Part shown: piece by piece, positions 1 to 7,493 of the stretch
How positions within the stretch are numbered: the stretch's first letter is position 1
Layout of the letters: each line of letters begins with the position of its first letter
Source of the DNA: an uncultured Candidatus Saccharibacteria bacterium
GTDB taxonomy: Bacteria; Patescibacteriota; Minisyncoccia; Phycocordibacterales; UBA12088
Direction of reading: 5' to 3'
Assembly (NCBI GenBank): GCA_964562615.1
Contig: CAZLUD010000002.1
Location: 89,300 to 153,299 of the forward strand
DNA length: 64,000 nucleotides
Notes under the pieces: generated by a model
Database searches by the model: none
What the model was told of the DNA's origin: nothing
Seen by the model: the letters and a program-made list of their open reading frames with translations, nothing else
Translations under genes and position numbers: made by a program

Positions 1-542
1 CCGTTTACGTAGACAAAATATGCACGATCAGATACGACAAAACCATTACCACGAAGTAACCACGCATAAAACTCTACCTGTCGTTTATACTGCTCACCCC
101 AGCGACCGTCTAGTGTCGGCGCCTCATTTTTTGCGGTGGCTTTATAATCAACGACATATAGCGCACCCTCGGTGTCCACCCACAAGTCATCTACCGCTCC
201 AAAGAAAGTAATATTGGTGTACTTATGATTGTATCTGATGCCAGTAAAGTTAGCCCGCCATTCTTCAAGATTGTCATGTGAGTACGGTATCAATTCTGAC
301 AAACCTGCCTTTACGCACAACGGGTGCGGTGTCTTTGACTTTCTGTGCGCGTCAAACTCTCTTTTGAGCAATTCATCAACTGCAAGATTGAGTGTAAAGC
401 TTGCCATAGAAGGACGCTTTACACCTAAGCGTTCGAGTAAGTAGAAGCAACGTGGACACTCAAGAAACAAATCAACCTTTGATCTACTAAGCGTATGCGG
501 GGTTTTACTACCCTTTGTGTATGTCTTTGGTGTATAGCTCAT
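1..542 (-). CDS. PD-(D/E)XK (RecB/Cas4-like) nuclease family protein, 3' end outside window
   Basis: Not in ORF track (runs off edge). My translation from ATG 542: MSYTPKTY...LSRSKVDLFLECPRCFY...GAVDDLW...VVDYKAT...YKRQVEFYAWLL, showing the D..DxK and QxxxY RecB-family motifs. Confidence 0.8.
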   Translation of the reverse strand, partial: MSYTPKTYTKGSKTPHTLSRSKVDLFLECPRCFYLLERLGVKRPSMASFTLNLAVDELLKREFDAHRKSKTPHPLCVKAGLSELIPYSHDNLEEWRANFTGIRYNHKYTNITFFGAVDDLWVDTEGALYVVDYKATAKNEAPTLDGRWGEQYKRQVEFYAWLLRGNGFVVSDRAYFVYVN

Positions 543-556
543 AGCAACACGAATAA

Positions 557-1045
557 CTACTCTTTGTCAGCAATTACTTCAGTATCATCTGACCATGCGT
601 GTTGCATTTGTCGTTCAACAACCCACAAAACTCTAAAGATAAATAGCACTAATAGTGTTCCAATGACCGCAATAAAGTAGTACCCGAGACCGATTGACAC
701 GCCAATAGCAGAAGTCACCCACAATCCAGCAGCGGTAGTGATGCCTTTTGGTGTTGCATCTCTAAACATAATGATACCTGCGCCAATAAAGCCGATACCA
801 GTTACCACACCAGCGATAACTCTAAATGGGTCAGAAATACCAAACCCCTCTGGGCTCACTGAGTAAAAAACCGCAAGTGAGGTGTATAGCGTGGATGCCA
901 TAGCAACCAGTGCGTGGGTACGCATGCCGGCGGTTTTGCCTGCCATCTTTCTTTCAGCACCAAGAAGCATTCCAAGGGTAATTGCAACAATTAGTTGTAG
1001 CGCCAATGTTATCTCTTGTGTGGTGATGAAAGTGCTTATCTCCAT
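557..1045 (-). CDS. MgtC/SapB family membrane protein
   Basis: GAER..GK.AGMRTHALV, DP.R.IAGVVTGIGFIGAG, GITTAAGLW motifs; start moved to ATG 1045 (MEISTF). Confidence 0.9.
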   Translation of the reverse strand: MEISTFITTQEITLALQLIVAITLGMLLGAERKMAGKTAGMRTHALVAMASTLYTSLAVFYSVSPEGFGISDPFRVIAGVVTGIGFIGAGIIMFRDATPKGITTAAGLWVTSAIGVSIGLGYYFIAVIGTLLVLFIFRVLWVVERQMQHAWSDDTEVIADKE

Positions 1046-1052
1046 AGAGTAA

Positions 1053-1616
1053 TTATTGTGATGTCGCGACAAAGAACTTCATAATAACTTGCGATGTACC
1101 TACATCCGTAAGTGGTTTATCTGTAGTAAGAGTAAATTGTCTATCACCATTATCTCCGTACAACACCGCTGCATAGGTGTTACCTACCACGGTATTTCTA
1201 AGAAGTGAGACCGTACCACTCCATGAGCCCTCGCTAAAGTATTGTGCTCCTAGTGCGTTACCAAGCTCTCCTTCGCTTACTTCATGAATTACCACCCACC
1301 CACCCATTGATGGAAAGGTAACTGAAGTGATGTTTACATGGTTACCTGATAGCTGGTTGTTAACCTCAAGATCAACCGCTGATGCTGATACTGATGTGGC
1401 AGTGCTTGTGCTTGGGGTATCTGTTGGCTTTTGTGAAGTGGTTGTTGCAAGCGTGCTCTTGCTTGTCTCATCGCTTTTTTCTGGAGCCTCTACGTTTTTT
1501 GTATTAACAGACCATATCCACACCGCGCCCGCACCTACCAATAAGCCCACCACAAATGCAATTGCGAGTTGCTTGTGTGAATCTGCACTCAATTCGTATG
1601 TTGGCATGCTGTCCAT
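1053..1616 (-). CDS. Membrane-anchored hypothetical protein (TM, S/T-rich linker, beta-sandwich domain, DUF7282-like)
   Basis: N-terminal hydrophobic helix, S/T linker, GGWVVIH...LGNALGA motif. Confidence 0.6.
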   Translation of the reverse strand: MDSMPTYELSADSHKQLAIAFVVGLLVGAGAVWIWSVNTKNVEAPEKSDETSKSTLATTTSQKPTDTPSTSTATSVSASAVDLEVNNQLSGNHVNITSVTFPSMGGWVVIHEVSEGELGNALGAQYFSEGSWSGTVSLLRNTVVGNTYAAVLYGDNGDRQFTLTTDKPLTDVGTSQVIMKFFVATSQ

Positions 1617-1649
1617 AATGTATCCTTAACTGCTAGTAGTATGATGCTA

Positions 1650-2501
1650 TTATACCGCGGCACCAGGTACGCACAACACCTCGCTCTCTTTTAGTACACT
1701 AGCTACCTTGCTCTCTTTGATACCAGATTTTCGCATGATATCAGGGTTGTCTTTCAGTGTTTTGCACAAAACAACTTTGGTTTCCAGTAATCGTTGCTTT
1801 TCCTGAGTAGAAAGCGAAGTAAGGCACGTAAGCGGATGAAGACCAGTCTCTTCAATAAGGTCTTCTAGGTTACCCTTTTTAGGGTAGCTCCACCCTATGA
1901 GCTCAAGTCCAACACACGCTGCGTAATCAATTGCATTTTTTGTAAACTTGGTGTTGGTGATTAGTAGTCTACGCGTTACATCAATACCACCAGTAACTGA
2001 AACGGCGTGAGTATGGATGTCTTCAAAGCGAGCGTGTACATACAATGCCACCTTTAAATCTGTTTTCATTCCAAGATTGTTATGAAATTTGAGCTCAGCG
2101 CCAATTCTCTCCATGCGCTTTTCGGCGAGTACGTCGATTTCGTGCTTTGAGCAATGACCTCTGAGCATGACACCAGTTCGTGCTCTATATCCCTTTGCTC
2201 TAAATATTTCTGCAACAAAACTTTCAAAAGGAAACCCGCTTGGACCAAGATCAAAGAGTGCGCGTCTTAGCGAGTAGCGTGCAGCTGCAGTCCTGTTATT
2301 TGTTTGCTGTAATTTTGTATATACCTTGTGGTATATGTCGTTAGTAGAATTTCCCTCTCTCACTTCGTCCGATACTTCTTGTACTATCGCTTCGATATCG
2401 CCCCGTAACACTCCCAATCGCTTTAGTGACGACTGTAGTTTTGATAATTTGAACGGCTCTTCAGTACCATCGGCTTTTACGATGGGAATTATTTTTTCCA
2501 T
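1650..2501 (-). CDS. ATP-cone domain fused to Mrr-like restriction endonuclease domain
   Basis: N-terminal IVKADG..EPF...KL..SL ATP cone; FE.FVAEIF...GY, EIDVLA, ELK PD-(D/E)XK motifs; LITNTKFT. Confidence 0.8.
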   Translation of the reverse strand: MEKIIPIVKADGTEEPFKLSKLQSSLKRLGVLRGDIEAIVQEVSDEVREGNSTNDIYHKVYTKLQQTNNRTAAARYSLRRALFDLGPSGFPFESFVAEIFRAKGYRARTGVMLRGHCSKHEIDVLAEKRMERIGAELKFHNNLGMKTDLKVALYVHARFEDIHTHAVSVTGGIDVTRRLLITNTKFTKNAIDYAACVGLELIGWSYPKKGNLEDLIEETGLHPLTCLTSLSTQEKQRLLETKVVLCKTLKDNPDIMRKSGIKESKVASVLKESEVLCVPGAAV

Positions 2502-2507
2502 ACACCA

Positions 2508-3596
2508 CTAGTGTACTATGAACCCGCCTCCAACACACCGTGTATTGTCGTATAAGACGAGTGCCTGCCCCTCGGGGATGTGCGGTATTGGTGTTTCTAG
2601 GCTTACCGTGGCACTTTCTTTCGTTACAGAGGCAATAGTGCAAGGAAATAACGTTTGTCTGTGGCGCAATCTTGCCTGTAGCGTGTCTCCAACTGAAGGG
2701 GTCGCATTTATCCAATTTGCCTCGGTAATACTAATCTTATGATGATCATATTGTGGAGTAAGGTACCCAACTTCATCACTTACGACTAAAATATTTTTTT
2801 CTACATCTTTACTAACCACAAAGTATGGTTGTTGATTATGAGAATGAGTCTTCGCTGTAAACCCATGCCGTTGTCCAACAGTATAAAAAAGAGCTCCATC
2901 ATGTGTACCAATCTCCTCACCGTGTTGATTGACCACCACCCCCTGCGTAGCGGTGACAAAATGTGACAAAAATTCTTTAAGGTCTATATGTCCAACAAAA
3001 CATAATCCTTGGCTATCTTTACGTGCAGCACTAGGAAGATGTACTGCTGCAGCCATTTCGCGTACCGCATCTTTGGTCATGTGCCCAATTGGAAATATGA
3101 TGTGTGAGAGTTGTGCCTGGGTGAGTGTCCAAAGAAAGTATGTCTGATCCTTGTTTTCATCAACACTTCTATGCAACTCGTACTCGTCTGTGCTTGTATT
3201 CAGCCTTCTTTGTGCGTAGTGGCCAGTTGCTACCGCGTCAAATCCTTTTAGAAGTGCATGAGAAAGAAATGCGCCAAACTTCACTTCTTTGTTGCATAGC
3301 ACGTCTGGATTTGGTGTCTTTCCGGCACGGTACGCTGAAATCATATAGTCAACCACTTCCCTTTTGTACGTATCAGCAAGGTCAATAGTACTGCATGGTA
3401 CATCAAGGTGCGCAGCGACCTTGATGGCATCTTTTCTGTCCTGCTCTTGTGAGCATGGCAAAAAGTCAGGTTGCCAGACTTTTATAAAACCAGCATGTAC
3501 ATCACTCCCTGCTTCTTTGAGTAAATACGCAGAAAGCGAGGAGTCTACTCCCCCAGATAGTCCTACCATTATTTTGCTCGCACCTATTTTTGACAT
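2508..3596 (-). CDS. mnmA: tRNA 2-thiouridine(34) synthase MnmA
   Basis: SGGVDS, TPNPDVLCN, ATGHYA, KDQTYFL, DSQGLCF motifs. Confidence 0.97.
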   Translation of the reverse strand: MSKIGASKIMVGLSGGVDSSLSAYLLKEAGSDVHAGFIKVWQPDFLPCSQEQDRKDAIKVAAHLDVPCSTIDLADTYKREVVDYMISAYRAGKTPNPDVLCNKEVKFGAFLSHALLKGFDAVATGHYAQRRLNTSTDEYELHRSVDENKDQTYFLWTLTQAQLSHIIFPIGHMTKDAVREMAAAVHLPSAARKDSQGLCFVGHIDLKEFLSHFVTATQGVVVNQHGEEIGTHDGALFYTVGQRHGFTAKTHSHNQQPYFVVSKDVEKNILVVSDEVGYLTPQYDHHKISITEANWINATPSVGDTLQARLRHRQTLFPCTIASVTKESATVSLETPIPHIPEGQALVLYDNTRCVGGGFIVH

Positions 3597-3653
3597 GCCG
3601 TTTATTGTATTACATAATCGAAATCAGGAAAGACCCTGTCTAAGGAGGACACT

Positions 3654-3821
3654 ATGTCTGTTTATCAACTCGCAGATATTTTACTTGTGGCGCTTATTTT
3701 GGCAGTGCCTGCCTTTATTTTACGTTTTGCCGTTAAGTGGTGGCTCCAACCAAAAAATGGAGAGAATAGCGTAATTGCTTGGTACACACCACGGCGCACT
3801 CTTGATGATGACGACTGGTGA
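3654..3821 (+). CDS. Small single-TM hypothetical protein (55 aa)
   Basis: Below ORF-track cutoff; SD TAAGGAGG upstream; MSVYQLADILLVALILAVPAFILRFAVKWW...DDDDW. Confidence 0.6.
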   Translation: MSVYQLADILLVALILAVPAFILRFAVKWWLQPKNGENSVIAWYTPRRTLDDDDW

Positions 3822-3920
3822 AATATGCTTCTACTCAGACATAGAACTCTTGCAAGTAAGAAACTTTCTTGTATAACAATACCAGCAAGACACTTATGTC
3901 TTGAGTCACGGAGAGTCGCC

Positions 3921-4049
3921 ATGGACTATGTCGGATTACTTGGAGCGTGGGGACCAATTGCATTGGTGGTTGCGCTATTGCTTGTTTATATTATTCAACA
4001 CGTAAGGAAACCGAGGCGTGATATTTATGGAGAAGAGCGCCATCACTAG
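3921..4049 (+). CDS. Small single-TM hypothetical protein (42 aa)
   Basis: GGAG upstream of ATG 3921; MDYVGLLGAWGPIALVVALLLVYIIQHVRKPRR; hairpin directly downstream. Confidence 0.55.
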   Translation: MDYVGLLGAWGPIALVVALLLVYIIQHVRKPRRDIYGEERHH

Positions 4050-4061
4050 AGAGGTATTGAG

Positions 4062-4090
4062 ACCCCCCGCGCATTGCGCGGGGGGTTTTG
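4062..4090. terminator. Intrinsic terminator hairpin between convergent genes
   Basis: ACCCCCCGCGC-att-GCGCGGGGGGT followed by TTT. Confidence 0.75.
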
Positions 4091-4091
4091 C

Positions 4092-5087
4092 TTAATCAAG
4101 ATGTAGTTGCCTGTTTCGTATGTGTCCTGCAAAGGTGCTGCTGTAATACATTTTTCCGTCATCACCGGTAAGATAAAAGAGATAATTGGACTTTGTTGGA
4201 GTAAGTACCGCTTCAATAGATGAAAGTCCCGGGTTGGCGATTGGTCCAGGGGGTAATCCTTTGTATTTATAAACATTATACGGCGAATCAACCTCAAGGT
4301 CAGAGTGTAAAGGATGAAAGGTTTTGGTACGCTTTATATACCCAAATACCGCATCAATTTGAAGCGGCATGTTGATTGCCAGTCTGTTCTCAATAATTCC
4401 AGCTATAACCCGTCGTGTTTCTAATTTTCTTGCCTCCTTTTCTACAAGTGACGCAATAGTGAGTATTTCATTTACGCTATAGCTTGAACTCGCCATAAGA
4501 GGTGCCAAATGCTCTGTTCGTACATAAAAGGTGTTTTCCATCTCACGCACAATTTTTTTAGGTTTATCCGTAGGGAGGAAAAAATATGTATCAGGAAAAA
4601 GATACCCTTCTTTCTTTTCTGCGAGGGTAAGAAACTCGCCGGCATTAAATGCGTAGAGTGACTTTTCTAGGATGTTTGCTATTTGATACGACGTAGCCCC
4701 CTCTGGAATGGTCACCTTAACAGGATGAATACCAAAGTCACCGGTAAGTATTCGTATGGCTACGGTATACGCACCCACAGGAGCATGAAAGGCATAGTCA
4801 CCTGCCTTGAGTGTGCTTGGATCCCCCACTATTCGAACAAGTACATCAAACACCACGGCGTACCGTACAATACGCTCTTCTTCTAGTTGTGTCGCAATAC
4901 TTGAGAGTGTCCCGCCCTCATCAATAGTGATAATAGTACCTGATGGAAATGCGCTTGGTGGGCCAATAGTAAGGTACGCGCCAAGCACAAACACACATAC
5001 AACGGTGCCAGCATAAAAAGGAACGGTAATTGGTATCGCTTTGAGCCACAATAGCCAGGTGATAACTCGAGACTTTTCCATAGACAT
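4092..5087 (-). CDS. mltG: Endolytic transglycosylase MltG
   Basis: N-terminal TM; TIPEG, EGYLFPDTY, ASLVEKEA, SPYN.Y...GLPPGPI.NPG. Confidence 0.95.
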   Translation of the reverse strand: MSMEKSRVITWLLWLKAIPITVPFYAGTVVCVFVLGAYLTIGPPSAFPSGTIITIDEGGTLSSIATQLEEERIVRYAVVFDVLVRIVGDPSTLKAGDYAFHAPVGAYTVAIRILTGDFGIHPVKVTIPEGATSYQIANILEKSLYAFNAGEFLTLAEKKEGYLFPDTYFFLPTDKPKKIVREMENTFYVRTEHLAPLMASSSYSVNEILTIASLVEKEARKLETRRVIAGIIENRLAINMPLQIDAVFGYIKRTKTFHPLHSDLEVDSPYNVYKYKGLPPGPIANPGLSSIEAVLTPTKSNYLFYLTGDDGKMYYSSTFAGHIRNRQLHLD

Positions 5088-6343
5088 TAGATAGGGAGAT
5101 TCGAAGGCGCTTCCATTCTTCGCGTTTGAATCTTTTCAAGCATTGGTGTGCGAGCAACATCGCCCGGAAAGTGGTAAATGGTAGCAACCTCCTCAGTGGT
5201 AAGCACAAACGGTGTAGGCCAATATTGCATATCAAAGAATGCTCTTCTTCGGTACATCCTAAAAACCTCTTTCTTTGCTGCTGCACTGTTCTTTCCGCCA
5301 AAGTCTTGCCAAGGAAAGGCAAAGTCAGCAAGCCAACCAGTCGGTACAATGGTATTCATTTCATTTGACGCGAATGGTTTAAACAGGTTTGCCACCTGAG
5401 GAACTATTGATCCGTCGTAGGTTTCTTTTGGTCCAAAGTACACCGCACGAATACCTGCTTCAAAGGATAACTTTTCAAGCGAGCGCTCAAGTGCTTTTAT
5501 CTTTCTTTGTTGTACGTCACTTAACTCACCAATTGATGGAAGATTCATCGTGCCTCGTGTGGCTTGAAGATCAGTAAGCATCTTCTTTATTTCTGCCTTT
5601 ACTTCATCCTTCATTCTATCGGTGGTTTTAAACCATCCCGCATTTTGGTCTCCCTTTCGTGCGCGAAGCACTATTTGTACCCAGAGTTGATGTTGTGGCC
5701 CAACAAGGCTAAGTAATTCAAGCACTGCAGTAATAGGATCTACCTTGTATTCTTCTTTAGGGTTTTTATCTAATCCGTAGTCTATATAGGTAAGAATAGG
5801 ATACGCATCTTTTTGTCGTAGTTTGTAGTCACATCCCCACAAATTCATAGTTGACTCATCGTACTCGCGGAGTCTCGCATAGTCCTCTGATTCAATAATT
5901 TGTATATCTGGGTACTGTGCGTATAGCTGTGCTTCAACCTGATTTTTGAAAAATGAACGCGTACGAATATAAAATTTTACCTTGCCACCATCAGAGACAA
6001 GCTCGAGAGACCAAAATGGACGCATCTTTGCAAGGATGTATTTATCGTAAAAGGTTCCTTCACCACCTGCATTGTGTATGTTGGTAAGAAATACCTCCAT
6101 AGCAAGCGGAGATTTATCAATAATTCGAGGGAGTTTAATTTCAAGCAGTGTATATTTTTGCTTTGATAGAAAAAAGGCGCGTCTAAAGTACCACGAGATA
6201 CGCCATAGTCCGTACCCAAAAAGTAACGGCGCCCATATTGGTGAGAGGCGTAGAAGCACTATCGCAATGTCATACGCAAGCGCCGGAAAAAATACAACAA
6301 TAAAAATTCCGACAAAAGCAAATATGTAGAGGTACATTCGCAT
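5087..6343 (-). CDS. Conserved CPR membrane protein resembling the N-terminal region of CPR VirD4/TraD-like ATPases
   Basis: Two N-terminal TMs; LLEIKLPR, SLEL, QLYAQYPD, YPI.TY, EE.ATIYHFP motifs; no P-loop. Confidence 0.55.
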   Translation of the reverse strand: MRMYLYIFAFVGIFIVVFFPALAYDIAIVLLRLSPIWAPLLFGYGLWRISWYFRRAFFLSKQKYTLLEIKLPRIIDKSPLAMEVFLTNIHNAGGEGTFYDKYILAKMRPFWSLELVSDGGKVKFYIRTRSFFKNQVEAQLYAQYPDIQIIESEDYARLREYDESTMNLWGCDYKLRQKDAYPILTYIDYGLDKNPKEEYKVDPITAVLELLSLVGPQHQLWVQIVLRARKGDQNAGWFKTTDRMKDEVKAEIKKMLTDLQATRGTMNLPSIGELSDVQQRKIKALERSLEKLSFEAGIRAVYFGPKETYDGSIVPQVANLFKPFASNEMNTIVPTGWLADFAFPWQDFGGKNSAAAKKEVFRMYRRRAFFDMQYWPTPFVLTTEEVATIYHFPGDVARTPMLEKIQTRRMEAPSNLPI

Positions 6344-6402
6344 GCCTCTGTAGTATAGCAGTCTAGTACCTATGATTAAAAGCCTTGTGTGAGTATAGGA
6401 GA

Positions 6403-7440
6403 TTACTCATCATCTCTGAGGATGTAGTGCCCCTGCTTATCTCGCTTAAAGAGATTAGTATCTTGGAGATTAACGACAATAGTATTGTCCTTTACGTATC
6501 GCTCACGTTTTACCCGCTCAACAATATCTTGTCGTGATAGCGCACCGTTTGCTCTTAGGATATCAATAATGACATCTTTAACTACACCGTTTGCGTAGCC
6601 CCATTCTTTAAGTGCGTACAGACCTCTTCCAACAAGTACAAATCGATTGTCTTTAATGAGTTCATTATGGCAGGTAGCCTCGTGCGCCTTTTTGTTAAAG
6701 AGTTCAGTAATGGCATGCGCAACCTCTCTAAAGTGCATTGGCGATCCATGTCGCTTGATAACAAGGTACGCATAGTCACGTATGCCTTTTACTCGTACAT
6801 TTGGAGAATCAAATCTACCCCACTCACCAAGTGGATTTCTTCCTAGTTGTTTTGAAAGAGATAGCCATCGTCTAACAATCTCTTCATTGAGGTAGGTATC
6901 GTTGATACCCTTAAGATCATCAAGGATTCGCTCAATGAGGTCGTGCTCAGGAATAAGCTCATCATCAGCAAGATTTTTGTACAACGTTTTTAGCGATTTT
7001 TGTACTTTTTCTGCTAAATCTTTATCAACGAGCCATCTGTTTTTTAATTCTGGTGTTTCTTTTTCGTGAACAAAAGGAATACCAACCACCAAAAGAAGGT
7101 GAAAATGGTTCTGAGTAACTGACTCTTTAGAAAGTAGTGGTAGGAGCTCTTCTTCTGCAATAACACCACCATAGCCTTCTATTACTGCTTTGAGCTCCTC
7201 AAATACTGGTGCATGTTCTTCAAATGCTTTTGACTTTCGTATAAGGGATAGTGCGTAATTTTCGATTTGACGTACACGCTCTCTGGTAATGCCGTATCTA
7301 CCGCCAATAGCCTCAAGCGTCATTCGCTCTGGGTTTTTGCCAAGTCCGTATCGGCTTTCCAGCACTTCTCGAGCCCTTGTCGGAAGGACTCCAAGAAGCT
7401 TTTTTGTGACTTGTTTTGGCTTAAATGTTAGCTTTACCAT
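6403..7440 (-). CDS. Sigma70 region-4 HTH fused to HARE-HTH (RNAP delta-like) domains
   Basis: RYGL...TLEAIG..YGITRERVRQIE; C-terminal PMHFREVA..I...HNELIKD.RFVLVGRGLYAL.EWGY. Confidence 0.8.
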   Translation of the reverse strand: MVKLTFKPKQVTKKLLGVLPTRAREVLESRYGLGKNPERMTLEAIGGRYGITRERVRQIENYALSLIRKSKAFEEHAPVFEELKAVIEGYGGVIAEEELLPLLSKESVTQNHFHLLLVVGIPFVHEKETPELKNRWLVDKDLAEKVQKSLKTLYKNLADDELIPEHDLIERILDDLKGINDTYLNEEIVRRWLSLSKQLGRNPLGEWGRFDSPNVRVKGIRDYAYLVIKRHGSPMHFREVAHAITELFNKKAHEATCHNELIKDNRFVLVGRGLYALKEWGYANGVVKDVIIDILRANGALSRQDIVERVKRERYVKDNTIVVNLQDTNLFKRDKQGHYILRDDE

Positions 7441-7493
7441 AGAAGTTTGTTATTTGTAACACATCAAATCAATTACGTCAATAATGCCATCAT

